From Alphaproteobacteria bacterium (GTDB lineage: Bacteria; Pseudomonadota; Alphaproteobacteria; TMED109): a DNA stretch of 60,296 bases. The translations under genes were made by a program, and so were the position numbers. Location: contig JAPYTH010000001.1 in assembly GCA_029936295.1 (NCBI GenBank), positions 44,274-104,569 on the forward strand. Reading direction: 5' to 3'. A model generated the notes under the pieces. That model worked only from the letters and a program-made list of their open reading frames with translations, searched no databases and had not been told where the DNA came from. Below, one piece after another: positions 40,136-50,268 of the stretch. Numbering within the stretch: position 1 is the first letter of the stretch; each line of letters starts with the position of its first letter.

Positions 40136-41542
40136 ATGGAAAAAAAAATAACCTTACTATTTAAAAAATATTTCAAATTATATGGTAAAAATATATTTTT
40201 ATTACTTTTACTCATATTTATTATAACAAATAACAGACTTCAAGCACAAAATTTAAATTTAATCCAAGATGCTGAAATAGAACTAACTATTAAAAAATGG
40301 ATTGAACCAATATACAAAGTTGCAGGATTAAGTTCAGATGCAGTAAATATATATATCATAGATGATATTAATATAAATGCATTTGTTGCGGGAGGACAGA
40401 ATATATTTATTAATACCGGCTTAATATTAAAAGCAAAGGAAGCAGATGCATTAATAGGCGTTTTAGCACATGAAATAGGGCATATAGCAGGTGGACATAT
40501 AAGTAGAACCATAAATTCTATGAAAACTGCTCATAATACCGTTACAATAGCAACAATTATTACAGCAGGACTAATGGCGGCAAGTCGTGCAGCAGGTTTC
40601 AACACACCAGGAATTAGTAAATTAGTTACATTAGGTCCAACTATTGCTGAAAGAAATTTTTACAAAAATTCTAGACAAAATGAAAAATATGCTGATGCAG
40701 CAGCCCTAAAATATATGGAAGCTATTAATCGTTCAGCCTTACCACTCACTAAACTATTAAAGGAACTAGGTAAACAAGAACTACTTCATGAAAATAGGCA
40801 AGATCCTTATTTAAGGTCACACCCTATTTCACAAGACCGTATATCTACAATAATGGAAGCAAGCAAAAATATAAAAAAAGAATTAACAAATCAATCAAAT
40901 ATAGATGAAATTCATTATAAAAGGATAGTTGCAAAAATTATTGCTTTCACAAATAGTCCTGGAAGAACGTTATTACTTTATCCTAAGCATAATGTAAGTA
41001 TTGATGCAAAGTATGCAAGAGCAATTGCTTACCTCAGACTTCCTGATTTAGAAAAAGGCATTAAAGAAATAAATGATTTAATACATAAAAATAGTGAAGA
41101 TCCATTTTTCCCAGAGCTATTAGGGCAAATGTTATTTGAGAATGGTCAAATATTTAATTCTATAAAGAACTTACAAAAATCTGCATACCTTCTTCCTAAT
41201 AATCCTGTTATACTATTATCTTTAGCAAGATCTCAAATAGAGTATGGTAAAGAAAAAGAAAATAGCGATGCAATAGTTAATTTAAAAAACATTTTACAAA
41301 TAATGCCAAAAAATATTGCTGCATGGAAACTATTATCTATAGCTGAAGCTAGAAATAATAATATAGGTTTAGCTCAATTAGCATCTGCTGAATCTTATTT
41401 TTTATTAGGAGAATTTAACTTAGCTATTCAATTTGCAAAAAAAGCAAGAATTTCTTTTAAAAACGGGAGTCCTAGTGATATAAGATCATTAGATATAATA
41501 TTTTTTTCACGAGAAAAAATTAGCAAATTAAGACCTACTTAG
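40136..41542 (+). CDS. M48 family metalloprotease with C-terminal TPR-like region (BepA/YfgC-like)
   Basis: Signal/TM N-terminus, an HExxH motif in LAHEIGHIAGGH, and a downstream E in NEKYADAAAL. Confidence 0.8.
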   Translation: MEKKITLLFKKYFKLYGKNIFLLLLLIFIITNNRLQAQNLNLIQDAEIELTIKKWIEPIYKVAGLSSDAVNIYIIDDININAFVAGGQNIFINTGLILKAKEADALIGVLAHEIGHIAGGHISRTINSMKTAHNTVTIATIITAGLMAASRAAGFNTPGISKLVTLGPTIAERNFYKNSRQNEKYADAAALKYMEAINRSALPLTKLLKELGKQELLHENRQDPYLRSHPISQDRISTIMEASKNIKKELTNQSNIDEIHYKRIVAKIIAFTNSPGRTLLLYPKHNVSIDAKYARAIAYLRLPDLEKGIKEINDLIHKNSEDPFFPELLGQMLFENGQIFNSIKNLQKSAYLLPNNPVILLSLARSQIEYGKEKENSDAIVNLKNILQIMPKNIAAWKLLSIAEARNNNIGLAQLASAESYFLLGEFNLAIQFAKKARISFKNGSPSDIRSLDIIFFSREKISKLRPT

Positions 41543-41579
41543 ATGTATAGAATAGATTATAAATAATTAGGATATAATT

Positions 41580-42326
41580 ATGACTTTTATGATTAAAAAA
41601 AATGTATTGAGCTTAATAATAGTTATGTGTACATATTTTATTTTTATTTCTAATTCCTTTTCGAAAGAACAATTATCTAAAGAGGAACTTAATAAATTAA
41701 TATATGAATACATTATGGAGAATCCTGAAGTTATTTTAGATTCTGTTGATAAATTAAGAAAAAAAATGGAAGAGAATGCAGAATTAGATGAAAGTTATTT
41801 AGAAGAAAATTTTTTGCAGCTCGCAAATAATCCTAATATACCCTACATGGGGTCAGAAAAACCAAAAGTTATCATCATTGAATTCTTTGATTATAATTGT
41901 GGTTATTGTAAAAAATCACTAGATGCCGTAACAGAGTTATTGAGAACTGAATATGACTTAAAAATATCCTTTAGGGATTATCCTATTCTTTCTCCATCTA
42001 GTAGGGTTGCAGCTAAAGCTGCTTTAGCTTCCAGAGAGCAAGGTAAATATTTTAAATTTCATTCTGCTCTAATGAGCGTGCAAGGTAATTTAAACAAAGA
42101 TATGATATTCTCAATTGCAACTAATTTAAACATAGATATAGATAAATTAAAAAAAGATATGAAAAAAATTGAAGTAGAAGAAATAATTGAACAAAATGAA
42201 TCTTTAGCAAGGAAATTAAATATTAGAGGGACCCCAACATTTATTATTGATGGTAAAATATATGCTGGAGCATTAGAATTAAACAAATTAAGAGAAATCA
42301 TTAATAAAAGTTTAAGTGATAGCTAA
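41580..42326 (+). CDS. DsbA-family thiol:disulfide oxidoreductase
   Basis: Signal-like N-terminus, the thioredoxin active site FFDYNCGYCKK, and C-terminal GTPTFIIDG. Confidence 0.8.
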   Translation: MTFMIKKNVLSLIIVMCTYFIFISNSFSKEQLSKEELNKLIYEYIMENPEVILDSVDKLRKKMEENAELDESYLEENFLQLANNPNIPYMGSEKPKVIIIEFFDYNCGYCKKSLDAVTELLRTEYDLKISFRDYPILSPSSRVAAKAALASREQGKYFKFHSALMSVQGNLNKDMIFSIATNLNIDIDKLKKDMKKIEVEEIIEQNESLARKLNIRGTPTFIIDGKIYAGALELNKLREIINKSLSDS

Positions 42327-42346
42327 TAACATTATGAAAGAAAAGT

Positions 42347-42706
42347 ATGTTTAACAATTTGGGAACATTAATAAGTACAAAATTATTTGGAAAATATATT
42401 GGACAAGATAATTTTGATAATATTTATTATATAAACAAAAATATTAAAAAAAACAAAAGATGGGTTATATATTATAAAAATAACGATGCTTCTTCTATTC
42501 CTCCTGAATGGCAAGCATGGTTAACTAAGACTACTCATGAAATCCCTAATAGTAAAAATACTTTGCAATACAAATGGCAAATTCAACACGAACCTAATTT
42601 AACAGGACTGAATAATTTATATCAAAAATCTATTCAAAAATTAAAAAAAATAAATAAAAAATATTCAGCATGGAGCCCCAAAAAAAAAGGTAAGCAAATT
42701 GACTAA
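42347..42706 (+). CDS. NDUFA12-family protein (NADH:ubiquinone oxidoreductase subunit-like)
   Basis: LFGKYIGQDNFDNIYY......KRWVIY....DASSIPPEWQAWL matches the NDUFA12 pattern. Confidence 0.8.
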   Translation: MFNNLGTLISTKLFGKYIGQDNFDNIYYINKNIKKNKRWVIYYKNNDASSIPPEWQAWLTKTTHEIPNSKNTLQYKWQIQHEPNLTGLNNLYQKSIQKLKKINKKYSAWSPKKKGKQID

Positions 42707-42911
42707 TAAAGAAAAAAAAATTCTCCCAAAAGTTTGGAAAGGTTCAAATAATGAGATTATATCATGTGCTGAAAAAATTAAATTATTGAATGAAAACATT
42801 ATTGAAATCAAAAGAATGTCTGATGATGCGATAGAGGATGCAGTTTTAATGGGCGCTGACAAGAATCAAGTTATAGACACCATAATTAAATCTTTAAAAA
42901 TAATAAGTTAA
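42699..42911 (+). CDS. Hypothetical 70-aa protein (uncertain; TTG start)
   Basis: The ORF exactly fills the 213-nt space between the NDUFA12-like and DUF2155-like genes. I recognise no family. The only upstream start is a TTG that overlaps the preceding stop. Confidence 0.3.
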   Translation: MTNKEKKILPKVWKGSNNEIISCAEKIKLLNENIIEIKRMSDDAIEDAVLMGADKNQVIDTIIKSLKIIS

Positions 42912-42919
42912 TTTCTAAG

Positions 42920-43273
42920 TTGGAAATAGTACTTAAAATTATTATAATAAACACAATTTTCATTTTCTTTACTTATTTAGCTACTGCAGATAGTCACAAA
43001 AAAACAATTATAAAAATAATAGATAAAATATCTGGGAAATCTTATATTCATGAAATTTCTAAAGATAAAATATTAATCTTTAGAAATTTAGATATATCTG
43101 CTAGTCAATGCGTTATAGACACTGAGGATAATAATAATTATGCGTCTTATATTCGTCTGAAAGAAAGAAGCAAAGATAAATATATATTCAAAGGATGGAT
43201 TTTATCAAAAAATCTAAGCTTATCACAAGTTTCTCATCCAGTGTATACTATAAAATTATTAGAATGCTTATAA
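42920..43273 (+). CDS. Small exported protein, possibly DUF2155 family
   Basis: TTG start. The N-terminal hydrophobic segment ends in ATA|DS. The size (117 aa) and position between the NDUFA12-like gene and aat match DUF2155 neighbours as I recall them. This is unverified. Confidence 0.5.
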   Translation: MEIVLKIIIINTIFIFFTYLATADSHKKTIIKIIDKISGKSYIHEISKDKILIFRNLDISASQCVIDTEDNNNYASYIRLKERSKDKYIFKGWILSKNLSLSQVSHPVYTIKLLECL

Positions 43274-43282
43274 ATATCAATA

Positions 43283-43957
43283 TTAATAATTGTTCGATTT
43301 TGGATATAAACCTATATTAAGATCTCCAGAAGGTCCTATATTAAAAAAATTGGCCTCTACCAGAAGTGCTTTTTTTAAAATAATTAAAAATTTATCTTGA
43401 TCAATTTCATAAGCACCAAAAGTTTTAAGATGCTCAGTAATAAACTGGGTATCCAAAACACTAAAATTTCCTACTTTTAGTCTATCTATTAAATGTAAAA
43501 GTGCAATCTTGCTAGCATCTTGTAACTTACTAAACATACTTTCCCCAAAAAATACCCCACCTATTGCAACGCCATATAAACCACCTACTAATTCATTATT
43601 AGAGTAACATTCTATACTATGGGCATAACCTTTATAATGTAACTCTATATAAACATCTCTTATACTAGGATTTATCCATGTATTTTTCCTATTTTTTGAG
43701 GGCTCTGCACAACCTTCAATAACCCCTATAAAATCAGTATTAATTTTTAAAAAATATGAATGTTTATTAAGTAATCTTTTAAGTTTTTTTCTAATCGTTA
43801 CTTTATATGGATCAATTACTCCTCTGATTTTTGGCTTAACCCAAAATATATCTGAGCTATTACTATCTTCAGACATTGGAAACAAACCATGCCTATAGGC
43901 ATCAAGAACATTGTTGTAATCAATTTTAGCATAATTTTTTTTTAAATTATTTCTCAT
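43283..43957 (-). CDS. aat: Leucyl/phenylalanyl-tRNA--protein transferase
   Basis: From ATG 43957: ...LDAYRHGLFPM....IFW..P..RGVIDP, GGLYGVAIGGVFFGESMFS, and VLDTQFITEHLKTFGA. The start overlaps the accC 3' end by 11 nt. Confidence 0.85.
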   Translation of the reverse strand: MRNNLKKNYAKIDYNNVLDAYRHGLFPMSEDSNSSDIFWVKPKIRGVIDPYKVTIRKKLKRLLNKHSYFLKINTDFIGVIEGCAEPSKNRKNTWINPSIRDVYIELHYKGYAHSIECYSNNELVGGLYGVAIGGVFFGESMFSKLQDASKIALLHLIDRLKVGNFSVLDTQFITEHLKTFGAYEIDQDKFLIILKKALLVEANFFNIGPSGDLNIGLYPKSNNY

Positions 43958-45293
43958 ATTTACGTAAGTAACCTTCCAACCATCTAATATCATATTGACC
44001 TGAAAGAAATGCTTTATTTTCAATAATTTCTTTATGTAGAGGTAATGTAGTTTTAACTCCTTCAATAACATATTCTTTTAGTGCTCTTTTTAACCTCATA
44101 ATAGCCTCTTCTCTTGTTTTACCGTGAACAATTAATTTAGAAATTAAACTATCATAATTATGAGGCACTTTATACCCAGCGTATAGCGCAGAATCCACTC
44201 TTACTCCTAAGCCACCTGGTACATGGTAAGTATGAATTGTACCTGCATTAGGAATAAATGTTTTAGAATCTTCTGAATTTACTCTGCACTCTATTGAATG
44301 CCCTGTGAACTTAATATCTTTTTGTTTAATAGAAAGTCTTTTTCCTGCAGCTACATTAATTTGCTCTTTAACCAAATCAAAACCTGAAATCATTTCAGTA
44401 ATAGGATGTTCTACTTGTATCCTTGTATTCATCTCTATAAAAAAAAACTCTCCTTTTTCATATAACATCTCAAAAGTACCTGCACCCAAGTATCCTAATT
44501 TTTTTACAGCTTTAACTATTACTTTACTAATTTTATCTCTTTCAGCTTTTTTTAGCGCCGGTGATGGGGCCTCTTCTATAACTTTTTGATGTCTTCTTTG
44601 CAATGAGCAATCTCGTTCTCCAAAATGAACAACATTTCCAAAATTATCTGCAAATAATTGAAATTCTATATGTCTAGGGTTTGCTAAATAACGCTCTAAA
44701 TAAACGGTATCATCTCCAAACCCAGACATAGCCTCAGATCTAGCTAAATTCCATGCTTCCTTTAATTCGCCGAGATTTTGGGCAACTTTCATGCCTTTAC
44801 CGCCACCTCCGGATGCTGCCTTAATTAAAACAGGAAATCCAATTTCTTTTGAAATTTTCTTTAATTCAATAAAATTTTTTATAGCTCCGTCTGATCCAGG
44901 AACTAGGGGAATCCCTAACTTTTTCATAGCCGTTCTAGCTGAAACCTTATTACCCATTTCAGAAATATGTTCAGCTTTTGGCCCAATAAATATTAAGCCA
45001 TGTTCATCTACAATTTCTGCAAATCTAGCATTTTCTGAAAGAAAACCATAACCAGGATGTATTGCATCCGCCCCACTTACCTCAGCTGCTGATAGAATAG
45101 CTGAAATACTTAAATAGCTTTTTGAAGCAGTAGGAGGACCTATGCAAACACTTTCATCAGCAAGTCTAACATGCATAGCATTTTCATCTATAGTAGAATG
45201 CACAGCTACTGTTTTTATTCCTAATTCATGACAAGCTCTAATGATCCTTAAAGCTATTTCTCCACGATTAGCAATTAATACTTTCTTAATCAA
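43947..45293 (-). CDS. accC: Acetyl-CoA carboxylase biotin carboxylase subunit
   Basis: MIKKVLIANRGEIALRIIRACHELGIKTVAVHS, GGGGKGMKV, EMNTRIQVEHPITE. Confidence 0.97.
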   Translation of the reverse strand: MIKKVLIANRGEIALRIIRACHELGIKTVAVHSTIDENAMHVRLADESVCIGPPTASKSYLSISAILSAAEVSGADAIHPGYGFLSENARFAEIVDEHGLIFIGPKAEHISEMGNKVSARTAMKKLGIPLVPGSDGAIKNFIELKKISKEIGFPVLIKAASGGGGKGMKVAQNLGELKEAWNLARSEAMSGFGDDTVYLERYLANPRHIEFQLFADNFGNVVHFGERDCSLQRRHQKVIEEAPSPALKKAERDKISKVIVKAVKKLGYLGAGTFEMLYEKGEFFFIEMNTRIQVEHPITEMISGFDLVKEQINVAAGKRLSIKQKDIKFTGHSIECRVNSEDSKTFIPNAGTIHTYHVPGGLGVRVDSALYAGYKVPHNYDSLISKLIVHGKTREEAIMRLKRALKEYVIEGVKTTLPLHKEIIENKAFLSGQYDIRWLEGYLRKYEK

Positions 45294-45304
45294 TCTATAA
45301 TACT

Positions 45305-45751
45305 TTACGTAATATCTATAACTGCAAGAATTTCATCATATTCTACAGGCGTTTCATTTTTAATAATAATTTGTTTTATCACACCTGAATAAGGAGACTT
45401 AACAGGATTCATAGTTTTCATAGCTTCTATTATAAATAATTGATCACCTTCTTTAACAGACTGGCCAACAGATATAAATGGTTTATCCTCAGGGGAAGAA
45501 GCTAAGTAAATAGTTCCTACCATAGGAGATTTAACTGTTCCAGGATGAGCAGAAATAACATCTTTATCTTCTACTTCTAATATTTTATTATCTATACCTT
45601 GAGTGATAATAGTTCCACCTGAAGATAAATTTCTAACAACCTTTACTGATAATCTTCCTTGAGTAATACTGATCTCAGATAAATTATTAGTATTTAAAAG
45701 CTCAGAGAGCTCTTTTATCAAAGGTTTATCTAAAGAAATTCTTCCCATCAA
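45305..45751 (-). CDS. accB: Acetyl-CoA carboxylase biotin carboxyl carrier protein
   Basis: The C-terminal biotinyl domain has IIEAMKTMN. It lies upstream of accC. Confidence 0.93.
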   Translation of the reverse strand: MMGRISLDKPLIKELSELLNTNNLSEISITQGRLSVKVVRNLSSGGTIITQGIDNKILEVEDKDVISAHPGTVKSPMVGTIYLASSPEDKPFISVGQSVKEGDQLFIIEAMKTMNPVKSPYSGVIKQIIIKNETPVEYDEILAVIDIT

Positions 45752-45768
45752 GTTCTCCTAAATATTTA

Positions 45769-46221
45769 TTAATTTTTTTCTTCTATTAACTTAATAACAG
45801 AATACACTGCTAATTCGTATCCTAAATCCCCTAAACCACAAATAGATCCATCTGCCACCTTAGAAATATATGATTCATGCCTAAAATTTTCTCTTCTATA
45901 TATATTTGACATATGCACCTCAATAATTGGTTTATTAAAGGATTTTAAAGCATCCATTAAAGCTATAGATGTATGGGAGTAGCCTCCTGCATTAATTATT
46001 ATTCCAGAATATGACTTAGCCGCATTTTGAATAGTATCAATCAACTTACCTTCATAATTACTTTGCATACATTCAATGTCATATAAGTTTTTTTTGCCTA
46101 ATTCAATAAGATTATCTTCTATATTTTTTAATTTTAAATTTCCATATATACTTGGTTCCCTATTTCCTAGTAAATTTAAATTAGGGCCATTGATAACTAA
46201 AATACTATTTAACTTATTCAC
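45769..46221 (-). CDS. aroQ: Type II 3-dehydroquinate dehydratase
   Basis: ILVINGPNLNLLGNREPSIYG, SN.EG..ID, NAGGYSHTSIAL.DA and IEVHMSNI. Confidence 0.93.
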   Translation of the reverse strand: MNKLNSILVINGPNLNLLGNREPSIYGNLKLKNIEDNLIELGKKNLYDIECMQSNYEGKLIDTIQNAAKSYSGIIINAGGYSHTSIALMDALKSFNKPIIEVHMSNIYRRENFRHESYISKVADGSICGLGDLGYELAVYSVIKLIEEKN

Positions 46222-46329
46222 AAATCAACCTTATAATACTATTTAAAAATATATTTCATCTATATTATGTTTATTGTTAAATAATATACATTATATATAA
46301 AAATAACCAAGAAATGATAATATATAAAA

Positions 46330-47325
46330 ATGTCAAACAATAAAATAAATATACATATAAACGGTGAAGTAAGATTAATCAAAAACTCTCAATCAATTGA
46401 ATCTTTCTTAAAAATTTTAAATCTAAATAAAAATAATATTGCAATTGAAGTTAATAGAGAAATAGTTAGTAAATCTAATTATAAAACTCATATTATAATG
46501 GATAACGATAGAATAGAAATAGTTAATTTTATTGGAGGAGGTAATAATATATCTAACAATAAAGACTTTTTAGAAATTGCGGATAAAAAATATCAATCTA
46601 GGCTAATAATTGGTAGCGGTAAGTTTAAAAACTTTGAAGAAAATTTAAAAGCAATTGATTCGTCTGGTGCAGAAATTATAACTGTAGCTATTAGAAGAAC
46701 TAATATATCTAATCCAAATGAACCAAGAATTACAGACATAATAAACCCTAAGAAATATACATATTTACCTAATACAGCTGGTTGTTATAATGCTGAAGAA
46801 GCAATTAGAACTTTAAATCTAGCAAGAGAAGCTGGGGGCTGGAACCTAGTAAAACTAGAAGTTTTAGGAGATAAAAAAAGTCTTTACCCCAATATGATAG
46901 AAACAATTAAAGCTTCAAAAATCCTTGTTAAAGAAGGTTTTAAAGTAATGGTATACTGCTCCGATGACCCTATACTAGCCAAACAACTAGAAGATGATGG
47001 ATGCGCTGCAATTATGCCTCTAGGATCTCCTATTGGATCAGGCCTAGGAATTCAAAACAAACTCAATTTAAAAATGATAATTGATAACAGCGCTATTCCT
47101 GTTATTGTTGATGCTGGATTAGGAACTGCCTCGGATGCATGTATAGCTATGGAATTAGGATGTGATGGAATTCTTATTAACTCCGCAATAGCCTTAGCAG
47201 ATAACCCTATTCAAATGGGCGAGGCCATGAAACTTGCTGTTAAAGCAGGGAGAATAGCCTATTTATCCGGACGAATGAATAAAAGTGAACTTGCTATAGC
47301 TAGTTCTCCAAAAAAAGATTTTTAA
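46330..47325 (+). CDS. thiG: ThiS-ThiG fusion (sulfur-carrier domain fused to thiazole synthase)
   Basis: Residues 1-71 are ThiS-like (INGE...[15 protein letters not shown]....[15 protein letters not shown]). After the linker NNISNNK comes ThiG: [45 protein letters not shown] and VIVDAGLGT. There is no stop or start codon between the two parts. Confidence 0.85.
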   Translation: MSNNKINIHINGEVRLIKNSQSIESFLKILNLNKNNIAIEVNREIVSKSNYKTHIIMDNDRIEIVNFIGGGNNISNNKDFLEIADKKYQSRLIIGSGKFKNFEENLKAIDSSGAEIITVAIRRTNISNPNEPRITDIINPKKYTYLPNTAGCYNAEEAIRTLNLAREAGGWNLVKLEVLGDKKSLYPNMIETIKASKILVKEGFKVMVYCSDDPILAKQLEDDGCAAIMPLGSPIGSGLGIQNKLNLKMIIDNSAIPVIVDAGLGTASDACIAMELGCDGILINSAIALADNPIQMGEAMKLAVKAGRIAYLSGRMNKSELAIASSPKKDF

Positions 47326-47349
47326 TATTTATGAAAGGAAATAAGAAAC

Positions 47350-48357
47350 ATGACTATAAATAAACAGGTATTAATGAAAACTAGACCAGTAGGAATGCCA
47401 AAACTAACTGATTTTCAGATTATCGAATCTAAAATGCCTGAAGTTAGGCACGGAGAAGTTCTAATAAAGATATTATGGTTATCCTTAGATCCATATATGA
47501 GAGGAAGAATGAGTAAAGCTAAAAGCTATGCCACATCCCTTAATGAAGGAGACGTAATAGTAGGTGGAGCTGTAGGTAAGGTAATTAATTCACAAACTCA
47601 CGAATATAAAGAAGGTGATATAGTTGAAGGATTTACATTAGGATGGCAAGAATATGCTATTGTTACTCCGGCTTCTATTAGAAAAATAAATCCAGACCTT
47701 GCGCCAATTCAAACAGCTGTTGGTGTATTGGGCATGCCTGGCATGACAGCTTTCTTTGGTTTACTACATATTGGAAAACCTATTCCTGGTGATACAGTAG
47801 TCGTATCAGCAGCTTCTGGAGCTGTAGGTCAGCTTGTAGGCCAAATTGCAAAAATTGGAGGTTGTCATGTAGTAGGAATAGCAGGAGGAAAAGAAAAGTG
47901 CGATTATTTAACAAATACATTAAAATTTGATGCTGCAATAGATTATAAAAATGAAAATATTGATGAAATGTTAGACAAATATTGTCCAAATGGAGTGAAT
48001 GTCTATTTTGATAATGTAGGAGGAAGAATTACTGACTCAGTTATTAATAAATTAGCTAACTATGCGAGAGTAGCTGTTTGCGGAGTAATATCACAATATA
48101 ATTTAACAGCTCCAGAACCAGGACTTAGAACGCATAGAGCTATGTTGACAAACCAAGCAACAACCGAAGGTTTCTTGGTATTTCAGTTTGCACAAAAATA
48201 TCATATAGGTTTAGAAAGAATGGCAAAATGGATAAAAGAAGGAAAGATAATTTATAAAGAAGATGTAGTTGAAGGCATTGAAAAGGCCCCTGAAGCATTT
48301 ATAGGCCTTATGAATGGAAAAAACTTTGGAAAACTTTTAGTAAAAGTTTCAGATTGA
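47350..48357 (+). CDS. NADP-dependent oxidoreductase (MDR, YncB/CurA/PTGR1-like)
   Basis: LSLDPYMRGRM, GMPGMTAFFGL, VVSAASGAVGQLVGQIAKIGGCHVVGIAGG, and C-terminal NFGKLLVKV. Confidence 0.8.
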   Translation: MTINKQVLMKTRPVGMPKLTDFQIIESKMPEVRHGEVLIKILWLSLDPYMRGRMSKAKSYATSLNEGDVIVGGAVGKVINSQTHEYKEGDIVEGFTLGWQEYAIVTPASIRKINPDLAPIQTAVGVLGMPGMTAFFGLLHIGKPIPGDTVVVSAASGAVGQLVGQIAKIGGCHVVGIAGGKEKCDYLTNTLKFDAAIDYKNENIDEMLDKYCPNGVNVYFDNVGGRITDSVINKLANYARVAVCGVISQYNLTAPEPGLRTHRAMLTNQATTEGFLVFQFAQKYHIGLERMAKWIKEGKIIYKEDVVEGIEKAPEAFIGLMNGKNFGKLLVKVSD

Positions 48358-50145
48358 TTATTTTTCTACAATTTTAGGTTTGTTAATTTTTAATGAAAGC
48401 TCCTTTAATTGATTATCATCAATATCAGAAGGAGCATTCATTAATAAATCTTGTGCTTGTTGATTCATTGGGAACATTATTACTTCTCTAATATTTGGTT
48501 CATTAGCTAACAACATTACTATTCTATCTATTCCTGGAGCTATGCCTCCATGAGGAGGTGCTCCAAATTTAAAAGCATTATATAAAGCGCCAAACCTATT
48601 TTTTAAATCTTCAATACTATATCCCGCTATACTAAATGCCTTCTCCATAATTTCAGTTTTATGATTTCTAATAGCCCCAGATGAGAGCTCTATACCATTA
48701 CATATTATATCATACTGCCAAGCCAATATATTTAAAGGATCTTTGGTTTCAAGCGCTTCCATTCCTCCTTGTGGCATAGAAAAAGGATTGTGGCTAAATA
48801 TTATAGAATCAGTTTTTTCATCCAACTCATACATAGGAAAATCTACAGTCCAGCAGAACTTAAAAATATTTTTTTCAATAATATCCATTTCTTCAGCTAT
48901 TCTCATTCTAGCTTTTCCAGCGAAACTAGATGCTTCATTAACTTTATTACATACAAAAAAAACGGCATCTCTATCTTTTGCATTAGCATTATTTTTTATA
49001 TTTTGAATTGCCTCTTGTGACAAGAATTTAGCTATAGGCCCCTTAGCTTCTCCTCCACTTAACAAAATATACCCTAATCCTGGTTGTCCTTGATCTTGTG
49101 CCCAAGAATTTAACTTATCAAAAAATGAACGAGGTCTTTCTGCCACATTAGGAGCAGCAATAGCTCTCACAACAGACCCTTTATCTATTTGTTCTTTAAA
49201 AGCTCTAAATGTTACACCTTCATGCAAAAAAGCTTGAGTTACGTCACATATTTCTAAAGGATTCCTTAAATCAGGCTTATCTGTTCCATATTTCAATATT
49301 GCATCTTTATATGTAATTCTTGGAAATGAATTAGAAGTAATCTCCCAATCAGAAAATTCTTTAAATACCCCTGTAAGCACGGGTTCAATAGCGTTAAAAA
49401 CATCGTCTTGTGTAGCAAAAGCCATTTCCATATCTAATTGATAAAACTCTCCAGGACTTCTATCTGTACGGGCGTCTTCATCTCTAAAACAGGGTGCAAT
49501 TTGAAAATAACGGTCAAAACCTGATGCCATTATTAATTGTTTAAACTGTTGAGGAGCTTGTGGTAAAGCATAAAATTTTCCTGGGTTTAAGCGTGAGGGT
49601 ACTAAAAAATCTCTAGCCCCTTCAGGAGATGAAGCAGTTAAAATAGGTGTTTGGAATTCATTAAACCCGCTTTCTGTCATCCTTTTTCTTATAGATGAAA
49701 TTATTTTAGATCGTAGTATCATATTACTTTGCATTTTAGATCTTCTTAAATCCAAAAATCTATTTTTAAGCCTAATTTCTTCTCCAAGGTCATGATCTCC
49801 CGACACTGGCATAGGAAGGGTTTCAGAGGAAGATTCTATTTTATATTCCTTTACAGCTACTTCTATTTCTCCAGTAGCAAGCTTTTTATTGATTAATTCA
49901 TCAGACCTCTTTACCACCTCACCAGAAATGGTTATTACACTTTCTAATCGTGTTTCCTCACATATTTTAAAGAAAGGGTTATCATTATCTATTACTAATT
50001 GAATTACTCCATAATGATCTCTTAAATCAATAAATAATAATCCACCATGGTCTCTTTTACGGTCAACCCAGCCAGATAATTTAACAACTTCACCTACATT
50101 TTTAGGTAATATTTCCCCACAATTATGTGAACGATAAAGATGCAT
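48358..50145 (-). CDS. aspS: Aspartate--tRNA ligase
   Basis: From ATG 50145: [14 protein letters not shown]...[25 protein letters not shown], and [13 protein letters not shown]. The stop directly abuts the upstream gene's TGA (0-nt gap). Confidence 0.95.
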   Translation of the reverse strand: MHLYRSHNCGEILPKNVGEVVKLSGWVDRKRDHGGLLFIDLRDHYGVIQLVIDNDNPFFKICEETRLESVITISGEVVKRSDELINKKLATGEIEVAVKEYKIESSSETLPMPVSGDHDLGEEIRLKNRFLDLRRSKMQSNMILRSKIISSIRKRMTESGFNEFQTPILTASSPEGARDFLVPSRLNPGKFYALPQAPQQFKQLIMASGFDRYFQIAPCFRDEDARTDRSPGEFYQLDMEMAFATQDDVFNAIEPVLTGVFKEFSDWEITSNSFPRITYKDAILKYGTDKPDLRNPLEICDVTQAFLHEGVTFRAFKEQIDKGSVVRAIAAPNVAERPRSFFDKLNSWAQDQGQPGLGYILLSGGEAKGPIAKFLSQEAIQNIKNNANAKDRDAVFFVCNKVNEASSFAGKARMRIAEEMDIIEKNIFKFCWTVDFPMYELDEKTDSIIFSHNPFSMPQGGMEALETKDPLNILAWQYDIICNGIELSSGAIRNHKTEIMEKAFSIAGYSIEDLKNRFGALYNAFKFGAPPHGGIAPGIDRIVMLLANEPNIREVIMFPMNQQAQDLLMNAPSDIDDNQLKELSLKINKPKIVEK

Positions 50146-50268
50146 ATAATTATCCTTTATAAAATATAAAATATTATACACTAACTTTTAGACAAAATTT
50201 AGAAAATTTCAAACCAAAATATATTTAGTTTTGTTGATTACAAACAAATCTAATGCTATTCCTTTAAA

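Noticed and set aside
43958-44071. 5' extension of the aat ORF into accC. The same issue applies to the aspS extension (50146-50181) and the metW extension (34659-34694).
   Set aside because: Internal ATGs (43957, 50145, 34695) give family-typical N-termini and lengths and remove long overlaps.
46222-46329. Possible TPP (THI-box) riboswitch upstream of thiS-thiG
   Set aside because: The spacer is only 108 nt and almost pure A/T. I could not find the conserved CUGAGA element or a G/C-containing pyrimidine-sensor helix. A covariance-model scan (TPP model) would settle it.
46534-46542. GGAGGAGGT at the ThiS/ThiG junction as an internal Shine-Dalgarno for a separate ThiG
   Set aside because: These are the Gly-Gly-Gly codons of the ThiS C-terminus. 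No ATG, GTG or TTG follows at a usable distance, so independent ThiG initiation is unsupported.
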